From Escherichia coli (GTDB lineage Bacteria > Pseudomonadota > Gammaproteobacteria > Enterobacterales > Enterobacteriaceae), in assembly GCF_003334815.1 (NCBI RefSeq), contig NZ_QOWO01000025.1: a stretch of 64,000 nucleotides of DNA; one strand, written 5' to 3'. Each line of letters opens with the position of its first letter. Positions within the stretch are counted from its first letter, which is position 1. The notes under the pieces are model-generated. The model worked only from the letters and a program-made list of their open reading frames with translations. It did no database searches and was not told the origin of the DNA. A program made the translations under genes and the position numbers. Positions 10,653 through 20,668 of the stretch are shown in pieces.

Positions 10653-11147
10653 TTAATGTGTATTTATCGCTTTCAATTCTTGCTGGCAATTTTCTGACTG
10701 GCAGCGTCGTAACTCAATAATCCCGACATGCATCATCGAGCCAAAAAATCCGCTTTCGCTGACATAATCCTCATTGACTATCGGTCGAGTGCCGGGCTTG
10801 CCCTGGCAAACCCGCATAAAAAATGAGGTGTAGCATTGCCAACCGGGATTTAAACCGACCTTTTCTTGTGCTGACATATTATGAAGATAAGTAAGTTCTT
10901 TTTCGTTCCCGCCTGACAACTGCCAGCGGCGGGTATTATCAGGTAAGTTATCACCACGGCAATTTGTCTTACACCGGAAAGGTGCAATATTTACCGCAAT
11001 GCTACCCGTTAATCCTCTGGTTTTATCTTTAGGGGTCAGTAACCAGTCGCCAGCTAATGATGATTGTTCAGGTTGGGCGCATGCAGTCAGCAGTAATGTG
11101 GCGGTAATTAGTGACACTATGACGACCAGACTCCTGTTGGTCTTCAT
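10653..11147 (-). CDS. ybfP: Putative lipoprotein YbfP (164 aa)
   Basis: ORF with signal peptide and lipobox (LLLTAC); cysteine-rich. Confidence 0.75.
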   Translation of the reverse strand: MKTNRSLVVIVSLITATLLLTACAQPEQSSLAGDWLLTPKDKTRGLTGSIAVNIAPFRCKTNCRGDNLPDNTRRWQLSGGNEKELTYLHNMSAQEKVGLNPGWQCYTSFFMRVCQGKPGTRPIVNEDYVSESGFFGSMMHVGIIELRRCQSENCQQELKAINTH

Positions 11148-11197
11148 TGGGATTTCCTTGAGCTACTCAGTTTGTTGACAAAGTGTTCGTTGTTTTT

Positions 11198-11296
11198 GCC
11201 GGATGCGGCGTGAACGCCTTATCCGGCCTACAAAATCGCTTAAATTCAATATATTGCACCATCCTCGTAGGCCTGATAAGCGTAGCGCATCAGGCA
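11198..11296. repeat. REP/BIME element (two inverted REP units)
   Basis: gccggatgcggcgtgaacgccttatccggcctac and inverted partner gtaggcctgataagcgtagcgcatcaggc; canonical E. coli REP consensus. Confidence 0.85.
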
Positions 11297-11360
11297 ATTC
11301 TGTGTTTGTCATACGTAAAAAAGGGCGATCTTGCGACCGCCCTTTTTTTATTAAATGTGT

Positions 11361-13001
11361 TTACGCGTTTTTCAGAACTTCGCTAACAATCTCAACCGCT
11401 TCTTTCTCAATCTGCTTGCGATGTTCTTCACCGAGGAAGCTTTCGCAGTAGATCTTATATGCGTCTTCCGTGCCTGACGGACGCGCGGCGAACCAGCCGT
11501 TGTCAGTCATCACTTTCAGACCGCCAATAGAAGCACCGTTGCCCGGAGCAGCAGTCAGGCGCGCGGTGATCGGGTCACCTGCCAGGGTGCTGGCGCTCAC
11601 CATTTCCGGAGACAGCTTAGACAGCGCCGCTTTTTGTGCGGAAGTCGCAGCTGCCTGCAAACGGTTGTAGCTCGGCGCACCAAAGCGTTTTGCCAGTTCG
11701 TTGTAGTGTTCCTGCGGGTTCTTACCGGTGACAGCGGTGATTTCCGCCGCCAGCAGACACATGATGATGCCGTCTTTGTCGGTGGACCACGGCGTGCCGT
11801 CGAAACGCAGGAAGGAAGCCCCTGCACTCTCTTCGCCGCCAAAGCCGAAGCTGCCGTCGAACAGACCATCGACAAACCATTTGAAACCTACCGGGACTTC
11901 TACCAGTTTACGGCCCAAGTCGTTGACCACACGGTCGATCATCGCAGATGAAACCAGCGTTTTACCGACGGCAACATCTTTGCCCCACTGCGGACGATGC
12001 TGGAACAGGTAATTGATTGCCACCGCCAGGTAGTGGTTCGGATTCATCAAACCTGCCGGAGTGACGATACCGTGACGGTCATAATCCGGGTCGTTAGCAA
12101 ACGCCAGATCGAACTTATCACGCAGTGCCAGCAGGCCCGCCATCGCACACTCGGAGGAGCAGTCCATACGGATCGCGCCGTCTTTATCAAGGTGCATAAA
12201 GCGGAAGGTTTGATCGACCTGATCGTTAACGATAGTCAGGTTGAGGTTGTAATACTCGCCAATACGCTTCCAGTATTCGATACCGGAACCGCCCAGCGGA
12301 TCAACGCCCAGCGTCAGGCCCGCTTTCTGAATCGCGGCCATATCAACGATATCGGCCAGACCTTCCACGAACGGCTGCACCAGATCCTGCTCTTTCACAT
12401 GACCGGATGCCATCGCTTCGTCGAGGGAGATACGCTTCACGCCTTTCAGGCCATCGGCCAGCAGTGCGTTGGCCCTGTCTTCCACCACTTTAGTGACGTT
12501 GGTATCAGCCGGGCCACCATTTGGCGGATTGTATTTGATTCCACCATCTTCCGGCGGGTTATGGGACGGTGTAATCACGATACCGTCTGCCAGCGGGCCA
12601 CCTTTTTTATTGTGAACCAGGATGGCATTGGAAACGGCAGGCGTCGGGGTGAAGCCATTGTTTTCCTGCACAATGACATCAACGCCGTTCGCTGCCAGCA
12701 CTTCCAGAACGGAAATGAATGCAGGTTCGGACAGGGCGTGAGTATCTTTACCCACATAGCAAGGGCCAGTGATGCCGTTTTTCGCACGTTCTTCAGCAAT
12801 TGCCTGAGCGATCGCCAGAATGTGCGGCTCGTTAAAGCTGTGGCGCGCTGCACTGCCACGGTGACCGGAAGTACCGAATTTCACCGCGTGCTCCGCATTC
12901 CCTGCTTCTGGTTTCAGTACATAATATTGCGCCGTCAGTTGGGCGACGTTAATCAAATCACTCTGTTGTGCAGGTTGGCCTGCACGATTGTGGATTGCCA
13001 T
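11361..13001 (-). CDS. pgm: Phosphoglucomutase (546 aa)
   Basis: ORF 11361..13052 trimmed to [16 protein letters not shown] start; active-site TSGHRG / TPSHNP motifs. Confidence 0.93.
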
Positions 13002-13026
13002 TGCTTTGTCCTTTGTCTGCAACGTT

Positions 13027-13572
13027 TTAGATAGTTCCGCAAACCTTCTCAATCAATTCCGCCGGGAATTGCATCGACTGCATGATGTGTTCGATCATGC
13101 TGCATTTACGGCCGGTGTTGGTGTTGGTGATCACCCAATACGGCGTGCCTGGCACATGTTTCGGCTTGGTCTGATTACCATTTTTCAGCAGCGTTTGTTC
13201 ATCTGCCGCAAAGTAAACGCGTGTACGACCGTGCAACGATTCCGTTGCTTCGGCAAACGCCTGGGCGTCAAGAGAATATAGTGTAGACAACAGCAGCATA
13301 AAGCGATTGACCGCTCGCTTTTGCTCTGCGTATTCATCCGAAAGCAGAAGTTCACGCATTGCGCGAACCTTGTCTTTAATCGTTTTGACCGGCTTCGCTT
13401 CGACGATAGCAGGTGACGCAACGCGAACCTCTTTCGTCACCGGAGCAGCAGGCTGTGATGCGGCGGAAAATTTCAACATACGCCGTAAAATGTCGGATGC
13501 GCTCTCGCCGATATGCTTAGTGTGGCTGGCAATATAGCTGTAGAGTTCATCATCAACTTCAATCGTTTTCAT
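13027..13572 (-). CDS. seqA: Negative modulator of replication initiation SeqA (181 aa)
   Basis: ORF trimmed to [35 protein letters not shown] start; lies immediately upstream of pgm. Confidence 0.93.
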
Positions 13573-13756
13573 CTTAATCCAGTGCAGTGTCTTAGCTGAA
13601 TACAAGTCGCCAGGAGTATATGAATAAATCCCGGCAGCGGATAGCGTCAAGCCTGGCTTGCAGAAAAACTCGGAATAAACCTTATTTGTTGCAGCCCTGT
13701 GGCACAATGGTCAACATAATACCCTAACCCGACAACGCGAAAAAAAGAACTTTGCC

Positions 13757-14521
13757 ATGAAATTGAATATCCGCGCGCAAACTGCACAAAACCAGCACAA
13801 TAATTCTCCCATCGTTCTTGTCCACGGTCTGTTTGGCAGCCTCGACAACCTTGGCGTACTGGCTCGCGATCTGGTAAACGATCACAATATCATCCAGGTT
13901 GATATGCGTAACCACGGTCTTTCACCGAGAGATCCGGTAATGAATTACCCGGCGATGGCGCAGGATCTTGTTGATACTCTGGATGCACAGCAGATCGACA
14001 AAGCAACATTTATCGGTCACTCCATGGGCGGTAAAGCGGTAATGGCACTTACTGCACTAGCCTCCGATCGCATCGATAAACTGGTGGCGATCGATATCGC
14101 GCCGGTCGACTATCACGTACGCCGTCATGATGAGATTTTTGCGGCTATCAACGCGGTCAGTGAATCGGACGCACAAACTCGCCAGCAAGCAGCAGCAATA
14201 ATGCGCCAGCATCTTAATGAAGAAGGGGTGATTCAGTTTCTGCTGAAATCTTTTGTTGACGGGGAGTGGCGCTTTAACGTGCCGGTATTGTGGGATCAGT
14301 ATCCGCATATTGTAGGTTGGGAGAAAATCCCGGCATGGGATCACCCTGCCCTGTTTATCCCTGGCGGCAATTCTCCGTATGTTAGCGAGCAGTACCGTGA
14401 TGATTTACTGGCTCAATTTCCACAGGCACGGGCGCATGTGATTGCAGGCGCGGGTCACTGGGTCCATGCTGAAAAACCGGATGCGGTATTACGCGCTATC
14501 CGTCGCTATCTCAATGATTAA
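13757..14521 (+). CDS. ybfF: Alpha/beta hydrolase esterase YbfF (254 aa)
   Basis: ORF with GHSMGG nucleophile elbow; divergent from seqA. Confidence 0.88.
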   Translation: MKLNIRAQTAQNQHNNSPIVLVHGLFGSLDNLGVLARDLVNDHNIIQVDMRNHGLSPRDPVMNYPAMAQDLVDTLDAQQIDKATFIGHSMGGKAVMALTALASDRIDKLVAIDIAPVDYHVRRHDEIFAAINAVSESDAQTRQQAAAIMRQHLNEEGVIQFLLKSFVDGEWRFNVPVLWDQYPHIVGWEKIPAWDHPALFIPGGNSPYVSEQYRDDLLAQFPQARAHVIAGAGHWVHAEKPDAVLRAIRRYLND

Positions 14522-14660
14522 CGCAACTGATTAAAAACCCAGCGTCCGCGTCGCTTTCCGCGCGTGGGCGTTGGCGTGACTCATCGCGCTGATGTATTAT
14601 GGCGCGCTATCCATCCGGGCAGAGGCCTGGCTGATTGTTTCCCCCGAAGTCACCAAGATC

Positions 14661-14954
14661 ATGGCCAAAGAACAAACGGACCGTACGACATTAGATCTGT
14701 TCGCGCACGAGCGTCGACCGGGACGACCGAAAACTAATCCGCTTTCGCGCGATGAACAGCTGCGTATTAATAAACGCAACCAGCTAAAACGCGACAAAGT
14801 ACGTGGCCTTAAGCGTGTCGAACTGAAGCTGAACGCGGAAGCTGTCGAGGCGCTGAACGAGCTGGCGGAGTCGCGCAATATGAGCCGTAGCGAACTGATC
14901 GAAGAGATGTTAATGCAGCAACTGGCGGCGCTGCGTAGTCAGGGCATCGTTTAA
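14661..14954 (+). CDS. ybfE: Small DNA-binding protein YbfE (CopG/RHH-like, 97 aa)
   Basis: ORF 14592..14954 trimmed to [14 protein letters not shown]; basic, coiled-coil C-terminus. Confidence 0.7.
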   Translation: MAKEQTDRTTLDLFAHERRPGRPKTNPLSRDEQLRINKRNQLKRDKVRGLKRVELKLNAEAVEALNELAESRNMSRSELIEEMLMQQLAALRSQGIV

Positions 14955-15093
14955 ATTTCCACTTTCATGTAGCACAGTGTGCAGTCCTGCTCGTTTGCTG
15001 ATTCCGCAAGACTGCCTGTTCTGCTATGATTGCCTTTATCCGTGGGCAATTTTCCACCCCCATTTCAATAAGTTTCAAGAGGTTATTTCACTC

Positions 15094-15624
15094 ATGGCTA
15101 TCACTGGCATCTTTTTCGGCAGCGACACCGGTAATACCGAAAATATCGCAAAAATGATTCAAAAACAGCTTGGTAAAGACGTTGCCGATGTCCATGACAT
15201 TGCAAAAAGCAGCAAAGAAGATCTGGAAGCTTATGACATTCTGCTGCTGGGCATCCCAACCTGGTATTACGGCGAAGCGCAGTGTGACTGGGATGACTTC
15301 TTCCCGACTCTCGAAGAGATTGATTTCAACGGCAAACTGGTTGCGCTGTTTGGTTGTGGTGACCAGGAAGATTACGCCGAATATTTCTGCGACGCATTGG
15401 GCACCATCCGCGACATCATTGAACCGCGCGGTGCAACCATCGTTGGTCACTGGCCAACTGCGGGCTATCATTTCGAAGCATCAAAAGGTCTGGCAGATGA
15501 CGACCACTTTGTCGGTCTGGCTATCGACGAAGACCGTCAGCCGGAACTGACCGCTGAACGTGTAGAAAAATGGGTTAAACAGATTTCTGAAGAGTTGCAT
15601 CTCGACGAAATTCTCAATGCCTGA
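15094..15624 (+). CDS. fldA: Flavodoxin 1 (176 aa)
   Basis: ORF trimmed to [23 protein letters not shown]; FMN-binding T/SxTGxT loop. Confidence 0.94.
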
Positions 15625-15829
15625 TGTGATGCGGCGTAGACTCATGTCTACGCCGTATTAATAGATAATGCCAATCAAAATAATTGCTACAAATTTGTAA
15701 CTTTTGCTGTTGTACCTGTACAATGTCCCGGTGTTCAAGTGGCCTTGCCGTTGTAAATGTAAGCTGTGCCACGTTTTTATTAACAATATTTGCCAGGGAC
15801 TTGTGGTTTTCATTTAGGCGTGGCAATTC

Positions 15830-15848
15830 TATAATGATACGCATTATC
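15830..15848. promoter_or_regulatory. Fur box (autoregulatory operator) in uof-fur promoter
   Basis: tataatgatacgcattatc resembles the 19-bp Fur consensus GATAATGATAATCATTATC. Confidence 0.6.
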
Positions 15849-15920
15849 TCAAGAGCAAATTCTGTCACTTCTTCTAATGAAGTGAACCGCTTAGTAACAG
15901 GACAGATTCCGCATGACTGA
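15834..15920 (+). CDS. uof: Upstream-of-fur leader peptide Uof (28 aa), translationally coupled to fur
   Basis: Small ORF MIRIISRANSVTSSNEVNRLVTGQIPHD ending 8 nt inside the fur start. Confidence 0.7.
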   Translation: MIRIISRANSVTSSNEVNRLVTGQIPHD

Positions 15921-16359
15921 TAACAATACCGCCCTAAAGAAAGCTGGCCTGAAAGTAACGCTTCCTCGTTTAAAAATCCTGGAAGTTCTTCAGGAGCCGG
16001 ACAACCATCACGTCAGTGCGGAAGATTTATACAAACGTCTGATCGATATGGGTGAAGAAATTGGTCTGGCTACGGTATATCGCGTACTGAACCAGTTTGA
16101 CGACGCTGGTATCGTCACCCGCCACAATTTTGAAGGCGGTAAATCCGTATTTGAACTGACACAGCAACATCACCACGATCACCTGATCTGCCTCGACTGC
16201 GGCAAGGTTATCGAATTTAGTGATGATTCCATCGAAGCGCGTCAGCGTGAAATTGCCGCAAAACATGGCATTCGCCTGACTAACCACAGTCTCTATCTTT
16301 ACGGTCACTGTGCCGAAGGCGATTGCCGCGAAGATGAACATGCGCACGAAGGCAAATAA
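15913..16359 (+). CDS. fur: Ferric uptake regulator (148 aa)
   Basis: ORF MTDNNTALKKAGLKVTLPRLKILEVLQ...; C-terminal HHHDH/CxxC metal sites. Confidence 0.96.
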   Translation: MTDNNTALKKAGLKVTLPRLKILEVLQEPDNHHVSAEDLYKRLIDMGEEIGLATVYRVLNQFDDAGIVTRHNFEGGKSVFELTQQHHHDHLICLDCGKVIEFSDDSIEARQREIAAKHGIRLTNHSLYLYGHCAEGDCREDEHAHEGK

Positions 16360-16376
16360 GCCAGCCTGAACGAGAA

Positions 16377-16404
16377 AAGCCAACCTGCGGGTTGGCTTTT
16401 TTAT
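16377..16404 (+). terminator. Rho-independent terminator after fur
   Basis: aaagccaacc-tgcg-ggttggcttt hairpin followed by T-run. Confidence 0.65.
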
Positions 16405-16442
16405 GCAAGGGAAATAAGAAAAGCGAGAGTTACAGCTCTCAC

Positions 16443-16769
16443 TTATTTGTTATTACTGCGTATTTCCTGCCAGACTTTATCACAATCGGCTTTCACCGCC
16501 TGATCATTTCCGGTTTGCGTTGCACGCAGACACTGCTGATAATCCAGTACGCGTACACTTTCCTGGTCGGCAAACTGCTGATGTTGTTTCTCTTTCTTCA
16601 GCACGTTTAACACGCTCTGGCAGGCTTCAATTTTTTCTGGCGAACCTTGTGCGGTGTTGATACAGGCGCTGTATGCCTCTTTCAGACGACTGTCTTCCTG
16701 TGGCGCGGTTGATTGCGCACAAGCTACCAGCCCCGATGCCATTATGGCGATGAGAATCAGTTTTTTCAT
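16443..16769 (-). CDS. chiQ: Chitobiose-uptake lipoprotein ChiQ (108 aa)
   Basis: ORF MKKLILIAIMASGLVACAQ with lipobox; immediately downstream of chiP. Confidence 0.85.
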   Translation of the reverse strand: MKKLILIAIMASGLVACAQSTAPQEDSRLKEAYSACINTAQGSPEKIEACQSVLNVLKKEKQHQQFADQESVRVLDYQQCLRATQTGNDQAVKADCDKVWQEIRSNNK

Positions 16770-16818
16770 AGCAAATTCCTCAAACGTGCGGCAGGCACAA
16801 AACCTGCCGCGTCGGGCA

Positions 16819-18225
16819 TCAGAAGATGGTGAATGGTGCGATTACCATAAATTTCACGTCACGCTCATCCTGGAAGATGTTGCCGTAACCACCGCCCCAG
16901 CTTGGGATGTCGGAGTGGTTGTCGTATTCGGTGAAATGCAGTTTGAACATCGTGCCTTTGGCGCGACCGTCCTGAATGGTATAGACCGCATCCAGGCTGT
17001 AGGCAGACTCTTCAATAGTCCGGTTTTTGTCGTAGTACGCATCCGGATTGCTCTGCCAGGTCGCAGGTTTAGCATCCCATGCGTAAACGTAGGAAGCGCC
17101 GATGGCGAAGCCTGGAAGATTCCAGTTTTTCAGGTCATACATCGCACCGAAGAAGACCGCTTTTTCGCCGTTGGCGTTGAAGTCAGAACGGTTATCCCAC
17201 CAGATATCCAGGCGACCGTTTGAGGAAGCGTAGGTTGGAGTCATACGTTGCAGGAAGTATCCCTGCTGACCGTCAGCCTTAACCCAGGTGCCTTCGAGGC
17301 GCAAATCCACTACGTCAGCCGCCCGGTAACCAAAGGTCAACGCTTGCAGCCAGGCGGTGCCGTCATAAAGGTCGTTGACGCTGCGATCGTCAACTTTATC
17401 TCGGGTACCGTAGAACTGGTAGCTGGTGGTTAACGGGCTACCGGCGATATCAAATTTGTAGCTGGCTTTGGCAAAATATTGATCGATATACCCTTCCGCC
17501 TGACCAAATGCCGCTTCCAGTACGAAGTTATTTTTGAAGTCGTATTTCGCCCCAAAGGAGTGCAGATAATCAACTTTGGTGGTTTTATCGTTCTGATAAA
17601 ACTCATCCATTTCCAGATGCCACGGCGCTTTGTATTCGTTGGTCCACATGTAGGAGAAACTCAACGCACCAGCATCGCCGTAATCAAAATTCGCCCCGGC
17701 TTCCGCCCCCTGATAAGTACCTGGCATAAAGCTCCAGTGCGGCGCTAACAGCGTTTGACCAGTTGGGTGAATGTAACCTGCCCTCGCCCAAACCGGACCG
17801 TATTTAAATTTGGCCGCAGCTTTATACAGGCTTATACCGCTTTTGTCGCCGGACCAGTCTTCGTCATAGGCTTTATTACTTTTTGAAAACGCGATTTCGT
17901 TCGGGTGGGAGCTGTCGCCGTTTTCCGCCATTTCAATCGCCGTAAACGCAGCAATATCAAGGCCGAACATATCAGCAGCATAACCGGACTGAAAATCGAG
18001 GTTGGCATTCCAGGTGGAGTGAGAAAGGTTGGTTTTGTATTTGTCGCCGTCGGTAACATCTTTTCGGTCGCGTTCACGCTGCCAGTAATAGATACCGCCG
18101 GTTAAGGTTGAATCGTCGATGAATCCTTCGGCGCGAGCCTCCGGCATTGCCATAAAGCCCGACATTGCTGTAACACCGGCGATAGCCAGCGCCAGCGTAC
18201 TACGTTTGCCACTAAACGTACGCAT
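16819..18225 (-). CDS. chiP: Chitoporin ChiP, OprD-family outer-membrane porin (468 aa)
   Basis: [35 protein letters not shown]...; signal peptide, C-terminal aromatic residue (F); long AT-rich 5' leader. Confidence 0.92.
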   Translation of the reverse strand: MRTFSGKRSTLALAIAGVTAMSGFMAMPEARAEGFIDDSTLTGGIYYWQRERDRKDVTDGDKYKTNLSHSTWNANLDFQSGYAADMFGLDIAAFTAIEMAENGDSSHPNEIAFSKSNKAYDEDWSGDKSGISLYKAAAKFKYGPVWARAGYIHPTGQTLLAPHWSFMPGTYQGAEAGANFDYGDAGALSFSYMWTNEYKAPWHLEMDEFYQNDKTTKVDYLHSFGAKYDFKNNFVLEAAFGQAEGYIDQYFAKASYKFDIAGSPLTTSYQFYGTRDKVDDRSVNDLYDGTAWLQALTFGYRAADVVDLRLEGTWVKADGQQGYFLQRMTPTYASSNGRLDIWWDNRSDFNANGEKAVFFGAMYDLKNWNLPGFAIGASYVYAWDAKPATWQSNPDAYYDKNRTIEESAYSLDAVYTIQDGRAKGTMFKLHFTEYDNHSDIPSWGGGYGNIFQDERDVKFMVIAPFTIF

Positions 18226-18624
18226 GGGTTAATCCTCTTTGACGTATAAATTGCTGCACCAAAGGTGAACAGCGAAAAAATAAAAATTAAAAAAGTAGCG
18301 TTGAGAAAAGTCTCGCTGACTACAGGAACAGACTATTTTTCGCGACGCGAATTATCAATCTCTTTCTGTAACCAGAATGTAAGAACATGAGCAACCGCAC
18401 ATATTTTGATGATTTTTGTTACAAGGCTTAAGTTTGCGGTTGAAAGGCTTGCAGAAGAATAAAAGCGTGAAATTCCAGCAAGATGAAAGCGGTTACATTT
18501 TATTTAATTATGTTTTGTTATTTTAAATTTATTTTATGGATAAATTGCGAAGCGGAATTAATTCGCGAAGAAAAGCAGAAAAAACGCCGCTGAACGCGGC
18601 GTTTTGGATTGTTTGCTGTTTCTT

Positions 18625-18787
18625 GCCGGATGCGGCGTGAACGCCTTATCCGGCCTACAAAAGCACGCAAACTCAATATATTGCAGAGATCATGTAGGCC
18701 TGATAAGCGTAGCGCATCAGGCAATTTAGCGTTTGAAACTGTTTGTCTGTTCCTTGCCGGATGCGACGTAAACGCCCCATCCGGCAT
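18625..18787. repeat. REP/BIME cluster (at least three REP units)
   Basis: Repeated gccggatgcggcgtgaacgccttatccggcctac / gtaggcctgataagcgtagcgcatcaggc / gccggatgcgacgtaaacgccccatccggca units. Confidence 0.85.
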
Positions 18788-18801
18788 AGCGAAACTTAAA
18801 A

Positions 18802-20466
18802 TTACTCGCCTACTTTCGCCCAGGTATCACGCAGCCCAACGGTGCGGTTAAATACCGGTTTTTCCGCCGTAGAATGGCGGCTATCGAGGCAGAAGTAACC
18901 TTCACGCTCAAACTGGAATGCTTTACCCGCAACCGCATCTTTCAGCGACGGTTCAGCAAAGCCCTGTTTGATCACCAGCGATTCCGGGTTAATCACCGAC
19001 AGGAAATCATCCGCAGCACCTGGGTTAGGCACGCTGAACAGACGGTCATACAAACGGATTTCAACCGGCAGCGCATGTGCCGCGCTCACCCAGTGAATAA
19101 CACCTTTGACTTTACGACCATCTGCCGGATCTTTGCTTAAGGTATCGGCGTCATAAGTACAGAAGATGGTGGTGATATTACCTTCGGCATCTTTCTCGAC
19201 GCGTTCTGCCTTAATCACATAAGCATTACGCAGACGCACTTCTTTACCCAGCACCAGACGTTTGTACTGCTTGTTAGCTTCTTCGCGGAAATCGGCGCGA
19301 TCAATCCAAATCTCACCGCTAAACGGCACCTGACGGCTGCCCATTTCCGGTTTGTTCGGATGGTTCGGCATGGTAACCATTTCGCCTTCGCCCTGATAGT
19401 TTTCGATAACCAGTTTCACCGGATCGATAACCGCCATTGCGCGCGGCGCATTTTCGTTGAGATCTTCACGGATGCAGGATTCCAGCGACGCCATCTCAAT
19501 GGTGTTGTCCTGCTTGGTCACGCCGATGCGTTTGCAGAACTCACGAATAGAAGCCGCAGTGTAACCACGACGACGCAGACCGGAAATGGTCGGCATACGC
19601 GGGTCATCCCAGCCTTCAACGTGCTTGTCGGTCACCAGCAGGTTCAACTTACGCTTGGACATCACGGTGTATTCCAGATTCAGGCGCGAGAACTCATACT
19701 GGCGCGGGTGAACAGGAATCGTGATGTTGTCCAGTACCCAGTCGTACAGACGACGGTTGTCCTGGAACTCAAGCGTACACAGAGAGTGCGTAATACCTTC
19801 CAGGGCATCGCTGATGCAGTGGGTGAAGTCGTACATCGGGTAGATGCACCACTTGTTGCCAGTCTGGTGGTGTTCAGCAAATTTAATACGGTACAGCACC
19901 GGATCGCGCATCACGATAAACGGTGAAGCCATGTCGATTTTCGCACGCAGGCAGGCTTTACCTTCTTCAAAACCACCGGCACGCATTTTTTCGAACAGCG
20001 CCAGGTTCTCTTCAACGCTGCGGTCGCGGTACGGGCTGTTTTTACCCGGTTGCGTCAGGGTGCCGCGGTATTCGCGGATCTGTTCCGGCGTCAGTTCATC
20101 AACGTACGCCAGGCCTTTATTGATCAGTTCGATCGCATAGGCGTGGAGCTGATCAAAATAATCGGAGGAGTAACGGACGTTACCAGACCAGTGAAAACCT
20201 AACCACTCTACGTCGTTTTTGATCGACTCAACATACTCGATATCTTCTTTTACCGGGTTAGTGTCGTCGAAACGCAGGTTGCACTGGCCTTTATAGTCCT
20301 GGGCGATCCCGAAGTTCAGGCAGATAGATTTCGCATGGCCAATATGCAGATAGCCATTCGGCTCCGGCGGGAAACGGGTGTGTACTGTGGTGTGCTTACC
20401 ACTGGCCAGATCTTCATCGATGATCTGACGGATAAAGTTAGTCGGGCGGGCTTCTGCCTCACTCAT
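18802..20466 (-). CDS. glnS: Glutaminyl-tRNA synthetase (554 aa)
   Basis: [23 protein letters not shown]; class I HIGH (HIGH AKS) and VMSKR motifs. Confidence 0.96.
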
Positions 20467-20668
20467 CGTGGATTCCTCAAAGCGTAAACAACGTATAACG
20501 GCGTATGATCTTATAAGCGGGACAGGCTGACAACTGTTAGTTTTTTAAAATTGATAATCTAACAAGGATTATGGGGATGATTGATGAAAAAAAAAGCGGC
20601 AGAGAAGATCTCCACCGCTTGTCATTGTTGGATGCGACGCTCAAGCGTCGCATCAGGCATAAAGCAGA

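Noticed and set aside
11997-13034. 345-aa plus-strand ORF overlapping pgm
   Set aside because: Antisense to phosphoglucomutase across its whole length; no recognisable motifs
14522-14660. LexA (SOS) box upstream of ybfE
   Set aside because: ybfE is reportedly LexA-regulated, but I could not find a convincing CTGT-N8-ACAG palindrome by eye in this interval; left uncalled
18625-18787. Possible CRISPR array (regularly spaced palindromic repeats)
   Set aside because: Units are imperfect, alternately inverted REP palindromes with irregular spacers, not direct repeats; no cas genes nearby
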